A DNA stretch of 64,000 nt from Octopus sinensis (GCF_006345805.1 NC_043003.1:92504001-92568000), one strand, 5' to 3'; numbered from the stretch's first letter, positions 38,191-52,128 are shown. The notes: generated from the letters alone by a model not told the origin. A program made the numbers and translations.

Positions 38191-39002
38191 TATCAACAGT
38201 GAGCCAGTTGTTATACCAACAGTAACATAGTTATGTAATCAACATTATCCTCACTGTGCCACTAATATCACCCAAAGTGTATCATCGACAGTAACCCAGT
38301 GTCCCACTTATACCAAGAGTAACCTAGATTATAACCAACAGTAAACTTACAGTGCAACTCAGAGCACCTAAGGGTACCATAATTAGTTACTCAGTGACTT
38401 AGCTATACCATCGACAGTAGCCTCACTATACCACTAATATCACCAAAAGGGTACCGTCAAGAGTGACCCAAGTGTTACTATCACAAGTGAAATAATTGAT
38501 TCTACGATTGGCTTGGGGTTGCTTCATAATGTTTTAAGTGGGCACTAATTAGTAATAATGCTAAAGTGGAGTTTCGAAATAAGTGTATCTCTGTAATTCT
38601 GAGGGTGTAACATTGAATAATGAGGGGACAGTACTGTGGGATAAGTACTGCCCAGTGTACCCACTTAGCGACGGCGTGTAGTAGCGGTAACTCTTTGATG
38701 CCATCAAGGGTACCACAGGAGTAGCGTTAACAATGAGCGAACTCAACCGAATCATCAATTTCTCAACATGTTCCTATAACAATTTACGGATCTACACGGA
38801 CTATGATAAAGAGCAGTGTATTATAAAGGAGGGGAAGGGTGACAATCAGCAGGCGTTTCGTCAGGAAGTCAAGAGCATTGCTGACATAATTCAAATACTG
38901 AAAGCCGTGTCTCAGTTTCATCAAGATAAACAAACCAAATCACTCACTACTTGCACCTTTCACTTTAGTGTGTGTGCGTGTGCGTGTGCATACGTGCACA
39001 AA

Positions 39003-39036
<34 letters not shown>

Positions 39037-39330
39037 CACGCACACACTCATATATGTATGTATACATATATACATACATGCATACATACGTACATACATA
39101 CATACATACATGCATCCATGCATCCATCCACACACACACAGACACCTATATATATAATAGAAATATGCTTCAAAAAGAAAATAGAAACTACACGTGGAAA
39201 AGATATGGGGAAAGTAGGAATAAAAAAGGCGAAAATGTGCATTTTCCCTCTTTTTCTTCTAACTCACTTCATATATATATACAAATATGTTTTTAGATAT
39301 GTGTGTTTGTTTATATACATATACATACAT

Positions 39331-39424
<94 letters not shown>

Positions 39425-40485
39425 ACATCCATGTCCGAGATACGTAAGGATAATCTTTAAATTTTGAATCTTAAACCTTTAAATCTAATTGAATGTTTTG
39501 GAAACACGTTGTTGTCATTGTTAAACCCTATATCTGCGCTGTTGGGGGCAGGGCCTTAAATCAACGCCGTTCCTGTCGTGACTATTCGGTCGTTTATTAT
39601 TCATGTAGTGGTTTAGATTTAAAACGATACTAATCAAATAGACGCAGTCTGATCAATAACATTCCGGCTAGGACCGTACCTTATTATTATTTTTTTCTCC
39701 AAACTGTCCGGCGTAATTTAAAGATGATTTGACAGTTAAATCTAACAGATCGAGCGAACACATATATGCTCTCTGTATATGTTTCCTTGTTGACCCAGTG
39801 TTGTTATTGCTTAGTAGCATTATTTGTAAGTTAGCGTAGCCTATTTTTCGGTAGGCCTTTCAATATATGATTTTGCTTTATTAACCTTGATATGATTGTG
39901 TTACCCGGTTTGTGTGGGGCGACTGGACTCAAAAGACAGTTTTTGAAAACCGGGTCATTGGATCCATATGAATCACAGTCATGATAACAACAGCAACCGT
40001 GACGGCTTGAAATAACTATCACAACCTCAATGGGAGAAGAAAAGGGGTACAGAATTGGGTGTGTTTTTTCCTTACAATTTTATAGTAGGACCATATATTC
40101 TACTATGAGAATTACGATTCTGAGGGAATTTTTGTTTTTTTCTCCCCAAATTTCAGTATTTTGCATGTTTACCTTCCAAATCTTTAATCCCTTTCCTTCC
40201 CCCGGGGTGAGTGATAGCTATTCCAAAGCTTCCGTTCATTCATTTATTCGGTGTTTTCCTTGTTAGATATTTTCTTTTGTATGTGTGTACGTGTGTTAAT
40301 GGTGAAGTAAAACACCAGAGGTTTTGTAGTCTGTTTCTTTACTTGGCTTTGAATGCGAGAATATTGAATAAAAAAACTTTGCATGTGAAAGTTGCCAACC
40401 GCCTCGACCGACCCAAATGTATGACGAACATCTGATAAAAATATTTCTTAGTCATTCATTCAAATATGAGCGTGTGTTTATCTAT

Positions 40486-40552
<67 letters not shown>

Positions 40553-41684
40553 TGTATGTGTGTCATAATCTACTTACCTTTTCTGATATAGTAAGGTTGC
40601 TACAAGAAGGGGTATTTGGCTATTATTTCTAGCAAATCATGAGACCATGTAGAGGCTTACTCGTTGACTCGACAACGCTGAACCTTTGTTTGTACGTTTA
40701 AGTTAGTGTCAAAAACTTAGACTGTATGTACATTCAGCAAGAAAAAATTTCTCCTTTACGCACAACGACAACAATACAACAATAACCATGACATGAACTA
40801 AATATATAAATAAATAATAAAAATATAAACATTTTTTTTTTTACCTGGTCGAAAGGGCCGCGTACACAGGTGAGGGCAAAATACATGGTTACCTGGTCAG
40901 GTAACGTCAGAAAATTAACTTTTGTGTTACTGAAACGTCCATCCTACCCTCACAACTGGACCAAGTGGTCGCTATTTCTAATAGCGTGTTAACCACCTTA
41001 ATAATACCATATATACCGGTTGTACCAAACCCGCCAATAGTCTCTTCCTTTCACTACACGCTTTACCCCTCTCTCCTCTCTCCTCTCTTTTTACTCTTTC
41101 TCTGTCTCCCCTCTCTTCTCTATCTCACCACCTCTAATGTATCACTAGCTTTTCTCTTCAAAACATTTTACTCCCTCTCTCTACGTCCCACTTCTACTTT
41201 TGTGTCGCTATCTACCACTCTCTCACTATGACAAACTTTCAACCTCTTTTCTCTCCCTCTCTCTCTCTCTCTCTCCTCCCCCCTTTTCACTCTGTCTCTA
41301 TCGGGCTCTGTCTGTCACACTGTTTCCCCTTCTCTCTTCCCTTCTCTGTCTCTATTTCCGTCTGTCTGACTCTCTCTCTTTCCCTCTTTATCTCTCCTTC
41401 TCTATATATGTGTATATATTTATATATATTCTTTGTCAACCACACTATATTTTTCTTTATCACAATATTTTTATCTCTCAATCTCAAATACATACATACA
41501 TACATACATACATACATACATACATACGTACGTACATACATATATACATACACACATACACATATACATACATACATGCATACATACATATATACATACA
41601 TTCAAACAACGACATACATAATCATACTAACACATGTATGTATACATTCTTTAAAAAGGCATGTATATGTATATATATATATTT

Positions 41685-41805
41685 CCTTGGGGTCGATAAA
41701 TTAAGTACCAGTTACGCAGTGGGGTCGATGTAATCGACTTAATCCGTTTGTCTGTCCTTGTTTGTCCCCTCTATGTTTAGCCCGTTGTGGGCAATAAAGA
41801 AATAT
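41685..41805 (+). mobile_element. SINE A 3' half
   Basis: Near-identical to the 3' half of 19235-19465. Confidence 0.75.
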
Positions 41806-42025
41806 ATATATATTTCCTTGAAACATAAGTGTTATTACACAAATACGCACCACTGCGTGCCCTTACACACTCCCACAAAACCCATCAGCTCCCGCAACAA
41901 CAAACCATAACACCTCTCTCTCTTTCTCTCCCTTCTCTCTCTTTCTCTCTCCACGCTCCCCCTCCTGCTCTCGGCCATCCTGTCTCGAGCTAACACTCCC
42001 TTTATACATAGTATCACATACACAA

Positions 42026-42059
<34 letters not shown>

Positions 42060-42964
42060 TACTAATAATAAGAAAAATGTTGTGCATGGATATATTATAC
42101 ACGTGTATATATTTATGTTTATGTGTGTGTGTTTTTGAGGAAGGGTTGCCGTTTCCCTTTTTTGTTTTAAGTTGTCTGTTATGTCTAATATCAATTTTAT
42201 GCCCACTCGGGGTGGATAAAATTAGTACCATTTGAACACTGGGGGGCCATGTAATCAATCAATCAACTTAGCACCCCACCCCCCACTCGAACCTGTTGGC
42301 CTTGTACCAAAATTTGAAACCAATTTTATGCTGAAAATATTGGCTGTTCGTTCATATGTATGCATGTATGCATGCACCTATGTATGTATGTATGTATGTA
42401 TGTATGTATGTATGTATGTATGTATGTATGTATGTATGCATATCTGTGGGTGTGTGTGTATGAATGTATGCATGTATGAATATATGAATGTATGTATCTT
42501 AGTATATGTAGATATATAATTACACACAAACATATAATTGTACACACACACACATATATATATACATACTTACACACACACATACTTACACACACACATA
42601 CATATATATTCACACACAGACACACACACACACACACACACATATATATGCATACATATCTATATAAATATATACATGCATATATGTGTATATATTTGCG
42701 TGCGTGTGTGTATGTATGTATGTATGTATGTATGTATGTATGTATGTATGTATGTATGTATGTGTCAGCTGAGAGAGCAGGCCAACCTGCCAGCCAGTCA
42801 GGTTAGACAAAGTCTGTCTGTCCCACACTCGCAACTTTCACCTGCACCTTTTATCTATTGTTTTTTTCTTCTTTCTTTTAGAGACTTGTTGTTCCTGTCA
42901 ACGTTATCTCACAGTCGCTTTCGTAGTTAGTTGGCTTGTATGAGATTGTGTCAGTGTGTGTGTG

Positions 42965-43075
<111 letters not shown>

Positions 43076-43249
43076 GTATGTGCCTCTGTGCGTGCGTGTG
43101 AAGGTGTGTACGGATGTAAGGTTGGCGAATGGTCCAAGAAGTTCGCTTTGCAAGCATAAAATAATAATAATGAAATTATTGTATACAGTGCTCAGGTGCA
43201 CCACAACTTGTCAGAAAGTGCATATAAAGTACATGCAGTAATGTAGAAA

Positions 43250-43540
43250 TGTCTGGAAAGTGAACATGCTTGTGTGTGTATGGAGGGGAGAAAATCAAGT
43301 GTAGTGTTGGCGAATCTCAGGAAGCATGGAAGTTTTGAAGGATGCAGTGCTCCGACAACTAACAACCGATGCCGGCAGTTTGTTCCACGCTTCAGCAACT
43401 CTCAGCGTGAAAAAATGTTTCCTGAAGTCATGGGAGCTGTGCTGTTTTCTTACTTTGTAAATATGTCCACGGGTGTTAGATGGGTGGAGTTTGAAATATC
43501 CGGTTCGATACCATTGCGTGAATCTTGAGAAAATGCATTT
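43250..43540 (-). mobile_element. CR1 LINE 3' fragment
   Basis: NTRGHIYKVRKQHSSHDFRKHFFTLRVAEAWNKLPASVV...FK; a different subfamily from 17011-17566. Confidence 0.85.
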
Positions 43541-43921
43541 CATCAGTTTTAGGTCGTCCCGAACGAACCGTGTTGTTGGAGATTGTGAACAGGGCCCTGT
43601 AAGACAAAGGGTCAACCGATACATCGACCCAAGGACCAGGAAGACAAAGAGAAACCCACAAATATCTGATGGAACCCTAAAAGAAAGAAAGAAAAACAAA
43701 ACAAAGCAACCGCTAAGAGTAGAATTTTGAGAGGACCTTCCTTGTGGGGCTGCAAAATGAGTTTTTAACTTACAAAATGAGTCTTTAAGGCCCTGGTTAT
43801 AGAAGCTTGTTGGATTAAGTGTTCCTATATAAATTGAAGAAGCGGTTTTGCGACATGCTAATTCTGACAGAGGATTTGCACTTCCCCCAAAAATTGCTGG
43901 CCTTGTGCCAACATTTGAAAC

Positions 43922-43993
<72 letters not shown>

Positions 43994-43994
<1 letters not shown>

Positions 43995-44454
43995 GAGTAA
44001 AGAGAGCCGTGCGTGCCATCAAAGTGACCCTGAGGTACAAATATACGAAGCCAAATATACCCATCATGACTACCGTCTGAAAAGGGTACACCAGGCACAT
44101 GCATCACAACCATATGTGCGCGACATGGTGATCTCTTATCAAGATAAACAGCGCATGACCTTGCAGGTGGGGCCCAGTTAGAATTTTCTTCAGGTTGAGT
44201 AGCACATTCCACTCAAAAGGTCCCTGATTAGGGTTTGTTTAAGGAAGATGAACAAAATACCTATGTTTCCAGAGGTGTATTATTCAAACCCCAAAGAATT
44301 CCTCTCAACACATGGCTATGATGCACCCCCTTTACTTCTGCTTGTGATCAGAAATGCACATATTGTCAGCTACTAAGGGACATGTTCAACTGGTTAAGGT
44401 CAAGCAATTGACGAACAATTCTGTGGTACTGAGCAGAATATTTGCTGTAGCCCA
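43994..44454 (-). mobile_element. Non-coding element flanked on both sides by (AAT)n (copy 2, longer)
   Basis: (ATT)n at 43924-43993 and 44455-44469; shares ~270 bp with copy 1. Confidence 0.7.
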
Positions 44455-44469
44455 TTATTATTATTATTA

Positions 44470-45075
44470 TGAAGGCGGCGAACTGGTAGAATCGTGAGCA
44501 CGCCAGGCGAAATGCTTAGCGTTATTTCGTCTGCCGTTACGTTGGGAGTTCAAATTCCGCCGAGATCGACTTTGCCTTTCATCCTTTCGGGGTCGATAAA
44601 TTAAGTACCAGTTACGCACTGGAGTCGATGTAATCGACTTAATACCTATGTCTGTCCTTCTTTGTCCCCTCTATGTTTAGCCCCTTGTGGGTAATAAAGA
44701 AATAGGTATTTCGCTCGTCGCTACGTTCTAAGTTCAAATATCGCAGAGGTCGACTTTGCCTTTCATCCATTCGGGATCGATGAAATAACTACCACTTGCA
44801 TATTGGGGTCGATGTAGTCAACTATCCCCCGCTCCAAATTTCATGCCTTGTGCCTATAGTAGAAAGCGTTATTATTATTTAAGGCGGCGAACTGGCTGAA
44901 TCGTTAGTATGCAGGGCAAAATGCTTAGCGACATTTCGTCCGTCTTTACGTTCTGAGTTCAAATTTTGCCTTCTATCCTTTCGGGGTCGACTGTACCAGT
45001 GAAAAACTGGGGTCGATTCAATCGACTATCTCCCTCCCACAAACTTTCAAGCCTTGTGCCTATAGAAGAAATTAC
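44470..45075 (+). mobile_element. Cluster of three SINE A copies or fragments
   Basis: Heads at ~44472 and ~44882; body fragment 44700-44870. Confidence 0.8.
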
Positions 45076-45154
45076 TATTATTGTTGTTGTAGCTGTTGTT
45101 GTTGTTGTTGTTCTTCTTCTTCTTCTTCTTCTTCTTCTCTTCTTCTTCTTCTTC

Positions 45155-45158
<4 letters not shown>

Positions 45159-45218
<60 letters not shown>

Positions 45219-45898
45219 GTTTTTACCTTCTTTCTTCAAATTTTCTTCCGTTTCTCGCCGAGTGTTTTCCATACACCTAGGGCAGAGAAGGGCATTGCAT
45301 GCATTCCCAGATTACACGCGCAAATTCACAGATAAAATATGTATTTAAAAATCAATAAATAAATAAATTCATGGATGGATGTTATTTTCACAGCGATAGT
45401 GCTCTTCTCAGTACATGAGCCATTCCAGTTAATACGATTTTTTGCACTTCCTGTAGGGATGGTAAGCCTGGAATCGTTTTCAAATAGGTTTCAGTACTTT
45501 TTTTTGTCATTCCATGCCACATTTTTTCAATTTCTATTAGCAGGTCTTTATATTTACTAATCTTGTCAAATTCTTTCGCCGCTATATTGTGATCACAGGG
45601 AATACTCATGTCAATTAATAAACACGTCCTTTTTGTCTGATCTTTTATAATAATATCCGGTTTGTTAGCTTTTATAGTCCTGTCGGTCTGCACGGGGACG
45701 TCCCATAGAATCGACACATTTTCTCCCTCAGTCACAGCTTCAGGATGATGTTTATACCATTTGTCAGCGGTTTTGATTTTATAATGCCGACATATTGTCC
45801 AATGTAAATACTGGCCGACTCTGTCATGTCTTGCTTTATATTCTGCAGGTGCTAAGACTCTACACCCTGAGATTAGGTGGTCTATTGTTTCAATCTCA
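45159..45898 (-). mobile_element. 5'-truncated R4/Dong-like element (RLE domain, 3'UTR, (AAT)n tail)
   Basis: KTIDHLISGCRVLAPAEYKARHDRVGQYLHW...ILWDVPVQTDRTIKANKPDII...LIDMSIP...KYKDL...TGMAHVLRRALSL-stop at 45388; tail 45159-45218. Confidence 0.85.
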
Positions 45899-46276
45899 TT
45901 ATTATTATTATTATTATCATTATTATTCTATGTTTGACTTTTGCTTTATGTCTGTACAAGTTGGCTCCAAGTCTCACCCAGAGACCTCAAGAGACAACAG
46001 GTTGGAAGTTCACGTTGTTGTTATGCCTAGTCTGCCATATATTTGTTGTTTTTTTTGGTGTTGTACTAGTGAATGTCTAATAAATAAATAAATAAAAAGT
46101 TTGTTTTAAACCTTGGGATTACATAGAGAGTATTTTGCGTAGGATATGAGCAGTTCCCATGAACACTATCTTTTGAATTTCTGCCATTTTGGAGTTTCCT
46201 GATATCTGAGTTAGGTAGCAATCAGTCCCTTTCGCTATCATTCCCAGGGCACCTATGACAACAGGTATTGTTATTA

Positions 46277-46358
<82 letters not shown>
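45899..46358 (-). mobile_element. Short 5'-truncated R4/Dong-like element bracketed by (AAT)n
   Basis: ITIPVVIGALGMI...IQKIVFMGTAHILRKILSM-stop at 46119; 3'UTR to ~45926; (AAT)n at 45899-45925 and 46274-46358. Confidence 0.85.
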
Positions 46359-46361
<3 letters not shown>

Positions 46362-47054
46362 AGTATTGGAATAGCAGAATCCTTCGTGCACCTCAAAAAA
46401 CAATTTAACTCGCTTTTACGCCCCTAGTTAAAATGCTGATGAGATTTATTCAATCGTTCAGATTTCTGTGGATGATAAAATAAAGTATCAAGCAAATACA
46501 AGAGTCGGTTACATCGATTGTACCCTCCTCGACAATGAGTGGCCTGTTCTCGTTCTACGAAGCGTAACAACTTCGATTTCTGCTTCTATATGTCTTATGT
46601 CAAAGTTGAGATAAAGCATTATTATTGTCTGACTTAACTTGCTTTTACAAGAATAGTTGGACACCAATAATACCATCACCACCAACCACCACCACCACCA
46701 CCACCACCACCACCACCACCACCACTACTACCACTACCACCACCACCACCACCACCACCACTAGCACTACTACTACAATCATCACAACCAATAAGAGCGA
46801 TTGCACTAGCATCCTCAGCATCAGGAACAGTTAATTAATTTACAATACAATGCACATGATGATGATGATGATGATGATGATGGTAGTGGTGGTGGTGATG
46901 ATGATGACGATGATGATGACATATGTGTGTGGTGGGGGTCCGTGTGTCCATTAAGAAATTTTTGTAGAGAAAAAGTGTAATAAATAGGTGTAAGGTAATA
47001 TTTGAGGGGCATGATTACTACTATATAGGCTCCACGGAAAATTATATAAAGAGC

Positions 47055-47510
47055 AAGGTAGTGAACCATGAAAGCACTTTTAGCGACAAGAGAAAAGAAG
47101 TTAGCACTAATTTAAGTAGACTAATTTGGGCAATTAAGGACAAAAACAAGGACTACACGCTGAAGTGGGAAGTAATTAACCGGACAAAATTTTATAGCAT
47201 TGGAAGAAAAAGTGTGACATGCGTTGATGAAATTTTCCAGATCATTACATGCAAGCACAAATTAATCACCAATTTAAGAAAGAGGATTTTGTTGCCCACA
47301 CAGGATTAAGCATACGTTTAAAAAATTTAAATAAATGAAGTTAAATAAACACTATAGTGAATAAATATACATGTAGTAAATCCAAATAATTAAAATTAAA
47401 TAGGCCTTTCTGAATAAATCAATATCGGGAACTAATGATTTATAATATTAATCAAACGAGGAAGACACATCGACACCCTTATTATCAACTGATGTGTCTA
47501 AATAAATAAA
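47055..47510 (+). mobile_element. Penelope-like element fragment (GIY-YIG endonuclease C-terminus)
   Basis: NHESTFSDKRKEVSTNLSRLIWAIKDKNKDYTLKWEVINRTKFY...C.C.DE resembles the PLE pattern T.LS..IW.LK....IKW.I...Y....C.LC..EK. Confidence 0.65.
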
Positions 47511-47558
47511 CAATTATATTAAATAAATGAGGGATAGAAAGCTTGTTATATTTATAAG

Positions 47559-47678
<120 letters not shown>

Positions 47679-47886
47679 CATTTTAAATAATAAGTTATAT
47701 TTAAATAAACACACCATGAATAATAAAATTAAACAAATCTTAAAATGAAATGTACTCTTACCATTGGAAAATAGTCTAACTCCATGCATGTGATATTTAG
47801 TCCCCCAGTGGGATTAAACCAGGAACTATGTAGTTGGTAAGCAAGCTTCTTACTGCACAGTCACTCCTGCGCCTATATATTATATA

Positions 47887-49192
47887 GCACCAAAGCTGCT
47901 GAGGATCATCAAGTCTTTCCATGATGACATGCAAGGCACCATACAGCACAACGGTTCAACATCAGCCGCCTTCCAAATAAAAAACGGGGTAAAGCAAGGT
48001 TGTGTCCTCGCTCCTACATTGTTTGGCATCTTCTTCTCGCTCTTACTCTCACATGCCTTTCAGACATCAGATGATGGAGTGTTTCTGCACAGTAGAAGTG
48101 ACGGGAAGCTGTTCAATCTCTCGCGCCTGCGTGCCAAGACCAAAATCAGAAAAGTCCTGATCAAGGAGATGCTATTTGCTGATGATGCCGCTCTGGTATC
48201 ACACACAGAAGAAGCCCTCCAAAGGCTCATTAACTGTTTTGAGCAAGCATGTAACGACTTTGGCTTAGCTATCAGCTTTAAGAAGACCAACATCATGGGT
48301 CAGGCTACATCGGACATCCCAAACATACATATTGGAGACCACAGATTACAAGAGGTGGAGAAGTTTACCTATCTGGGCTCTACCGTCACATACAACCTAT
48401 CCCTCGACGCTGAGCTCAATATACGCATTGGCAAGGCAGCTGCTGCGATGGCCCAGCTCTCCAAACGGGCATGGGACAACAATAAGCTGACCAAGACCAC
48501 GAAAATGAAGATCTACCAGGCATGTGTACTTAGCACTCTACTATATGGAAGTGAGACTTGGACGCTATACACACGCCAAGAGCGTCGCCTAAACATATTT
48601 CACCTGCGCTGCCTCCGGAAAATCCTCCGCATCAAATGGCAGAACCGTATCCCCAACAAAGATGTCCTCAGGCAAGCAGGAATACCAAGCATGTTTGCAC
48701 TCCTCACACAAAGACGTATGAGATGGCTTGGGCATGTTAACCGTATGAAAGATGGCAGAATCCCCAAAAACATACTCTACGGAGAGCTTGCTAGGGGTAC
48801 TAGGTCTGTGGGTAGACCGCTCTTACGTTACAAGAATGTTTGCAAAAGGGACATGAAGGCCTGCAACATCAATATTAGGGGTTGGGAGGCAGTTGCCGGC
48901 AACCGTGGAGATTGGCGACGTACCGTAAGAGAGGGAATACAAAGGAGTGACAGAGAGAGAGAGAGGAGGAGTGGAAAGACAAGAAAAGACGTCAACAAGA
49001 AACTATGACATTACAACCTGCCAGGAACAGTCTTCGCTACATTTGCGGCACCTGCCAGAGGGAGTGTTTGTCCAGGATAAGACTACACAGCCACAGCAGG
49101 AAATGTATCAGGACATGAAATGTAAAAGCCGGACTAGATTATTTTATGCGCAACTCCATTGTCTCCCGAGACAAAAAGGATGCCAACAACAA
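47887..49192 (+). mobile_element. 5'-truncated RTE LINE; uninterrupted 359-aa RT ORF (47929-49008)
   Basis: NGVKQGCVLAPTLF, MLFADD, FTYLGS, LLYGSETW, RWLGHV..M.DGRIPK.ILYGEL; terminal CGTCQREC...HSHSRKC; 3' end CCATTGTCTCCCGAGACA...GGATGCC(AAC)n; sits in (TA)n. Confidence 0.95.
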
Positions 49193-49221
49193 TATATATA
49201 TCTATATGTATCTATATATAC

Positions 49222-49563
49222 TACGGGCTTTTTCAGTTTCTGTCTACCAAATCCACTCACAAGGCGTTGGTCGGCTCGAGGCTATAGTAGAAGACACTTG
49301 CCCAAAGTACCACGCAGTAGGACTGAACCCAGAACCATTCGGTTGGTAAGCAAGCTACCTACCACACAGCCACTCCTGCGCCTATATATATATATATATA
49401 TATATATAGTGGATGTGTGGTAAGTAGCTTGCTCACCAACTACATAGTTCTGGGTTCAGTCCCACAGCGTGGTACCTTGGGCAAGTGTCTTCTACTAGAA
49501 CCTCAAGTCGACCAAACACTTGTAAGTGGATATAGTAGACGGAAACTGAAAGAATCCCGTCGT
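49222..49563. repeat. Two SINE B heads in inverted (head-to-head) orientation around a (TA)n spacer
   Basis: 49222-49382 (-) and 49408-49563 (+). Confidence 0.85.
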
Positions 49564-49931
49564 ATATATATATGGTATGTATGTATGTATGTATGTATGT
49601 ATGTATGTATGTATGTATGTATATATATATATATATTTAGTCTGTACGTCCACTCTTTCGTTGTTTATTCGTTCGAAGCTCTAACTCTCCATGAATTTTA
49701 CATTTTAAAATTTTCTGGATGCTGAAGTTTCCCTATGTTATCGTTAAAAACACGAAATAGGAGTAATAAACAGTCCGACAACTGATGAGGAGTTATCGTC
49801 TTTTGGAACTTTGTCCTGTACTTTTCTCTCGTGTGTTTACGTATTTCTCACTCGTTGGTGATGTCCTGCACAATGTATATTTGTCATTTTAAATACATAG
49901 GAGTGGCTGTGTGGTAAGTAGTTTCTTTACC

Positions 49932-51545
49932 AGTGTTTTCTTTACACTGAGAGGAGTCACGGCGCTGGTGTGCAGCGTCGTGAATTATTGAACTAGTGAA
50001 GCGCAACTACAAGGTAAGGCATTTGCATTTTTGTGATTCAGTGGGGGGTTTGTTGTTTGTGTTATTATTTTTCGAACAAGAAATCTCTACTGGATTTCGG
50101 GCATTTGTCTGCTTGTAGTTGCGCTTAGTTTCTCACTTAGCGGTGAGAAGTGTGTTGTTTTGTGGAATTTTTTTCCCAAATTTTTAGTGAAATTTGTGGA
50201 GCTGTGTTCCTGTTGCTATTTAGAGTACCAGTTGGCCAGGAGTACCAGCTGGTCGGAAAATTGTGGTCGCTGTGTTCTTGAACAGTTTTTCTTTAACTGT
50301 TTTCTTTCCTTCTTCCTCTTTTTTTTGTCGTTTTTTCGGACTTTCTTTTGAACTTTTTCTCTTCTAAAGAACATGGCTAAGAAACTAGACACTTTGTTGG
50401 AGTGGGAGATTGTCCCACCCAAAGAGTGGGTGAAGACTTGAAAAAGAGGACGGTAGTGTTGAGGACATACTCAAAGTCGCTCGACACCATCACCGTCTTC
50501 AAGAAAATTGAGATAGAGAAAGAGTAGGCAGAGTGTCTGCCAACAATAATATTTATTTCCAGGGGTCCAAATATGCAACGGTGTGGTTGTTTGACACCCC
50601 TGAGGAGGCTCGCAGATTTGCGAGCCAGCCCTTGGAGGGCCAGGAAATCCTGTTTCATCCCACATATTGTGGGAAGAAGTTGACAAGAGCTTGGGTCTGC
50701 GGGTTGCCACCTGGGATGGAACCCGAGTGGATAGAAGATACTATCCGCCGGGGTCTGAGTGGCAGCGGATCCAAGCTGCTAAATGTGAAGTTATTTCCGG
50801 CGGCTGATTGGGTTAGGTCAAAAGGTGTTTTGACCTTGTGGACCCAATCAGACGCAAGAAATCTAATCTTCCCAGATTTTTTTACCATGACTGGTAACAG
50901 GTATCCGGTGATACTTGAGAGACGCCCCCTCCTCTCAAGTGTCACCTGTGCCTTGAACCAGGTCACATAAAAAAGAACTGTCCCCAGGATCAGAGTAGGG
51001 TTCTGGAGCAGTTAGTGGAAGAAACGCCCCCTCCTCATTCAGAGGGAGAGATGAAGACGGTCGAGGAGGTGGAAGCCTCCTCGAAAAAGGGCCGAAAAAG
51101 GAAGAAGATGAGTTACAATGGTTGCCCATCGAGGGATCCTAAGGCTGCTGGAGGGAAGGAAAATCTCCCGAACAAAACGGAAGAACTCCACCCTCTCGTG
51201 GTAAAAGAGAAAAAAAAAAAGAAAGAGAAAAACGAGACATTGCCGGCGGTTACAAATACACTGCGGGCATGTTCCGAAACCTTGTCGGTGGACCGACGAT
51301 GAATAGTATGGCCTCTCCTTATATGGAGGAGGAATTTGTAATCATATTCCACAACGGAGGGGCAATTCAGGAATTTATTAAAAAGTTTACCAAAGAAGGT
51401 CGGAGGGGAGGGATTCTAACCCGTACTAAGGACCCTGATTGGCCTCCACAGGTAGCTGCGGAGGTCATGTGGGAAACAGATTTGTGCAAGGGGATGAACT
51501 CCTTCTACGAAGACACATTCCGCTTCCTGCTGAATAAATAATTAT
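49932..51545 (+). mobile_element. L1/Tx1-type ORF1 (gag-like, CCHC knuckle) element without ORF2
   Basis: ATG at 50373; frameshifted frames to a stop at 51541; CHLCLEPGHIKKNC (CX2CX4HX4C) at 50940-50981; acidic/basic tail; AATAAA at 51533-51538. Confidence 0.6.
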
Positions 51546-51776
51546 TTATGTCACATGCCTGATACAAATTACAGATAGATATACATAAACAGATATGCAG
51601 CGAGAGAGACAGAGAGAGAGAGAGGGGTGGAAAGAGAGGGAGAGAGAGAGATAGTGAAAAGTGTGTAGAGACTGAGTGAGAGTGGCGTAGAGAGAAACAC
51701 CCAAATGCACACTCATTAAAACATTTATCAAATGAATGTATGATCCTACCATATATATATGTTAGTGTTTGCGTGT

Positions 51777-51824
<48 letters not shown>

Positions 51825-52128
51825 GTATGCATGTATATACTCAAACACGTACACACACTCACGTGCACCAGGTGTGTCAAAGGTCCATTTAGCATTGTCA
51901 ACCGATTAAAAACCGAGGTCAATTAGTCTTCTTCTTAATGTCCGTCTCACTCCCTCCTTCTCTCTATTCCTCCCACCACACTTCCACCTCCTCACCACCA
52001 CACTTACCCACCTCCCCACTGCATCCATCAAACCTTCCCCAACCTTGTCCCACCCCTTTCACAGAAACAGCTTAACAACCCCGGGCAACTTGGTCCACTG
52101 TCCTTCTGTGGAAACAGCCCGATGCAAG

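Noticed and set aside
37840-38760. Loose recurrence of CCACTAATATCACCCAAA / CAGTAACCCAGTG motifs
   Set aside because: Probably an old decayed minisatellite; the period could not be defined and nothing supports a function.
40846-40950. Possible minus-strand exon ending CAG|GTAAAA (reads DGRFSNTKVNFLTLPDQVTMYFALTCVRGPFDQ)
   Set aside because: Weak acceptor context and no recognisable protein similarity.
43295-44212. 305-aa minus-strand ORF as a gene
   Set aside because: Chance read-through joining an AAT-flanked repeat, an (AAT)n run, a SINE piece and a CR1 3' end.
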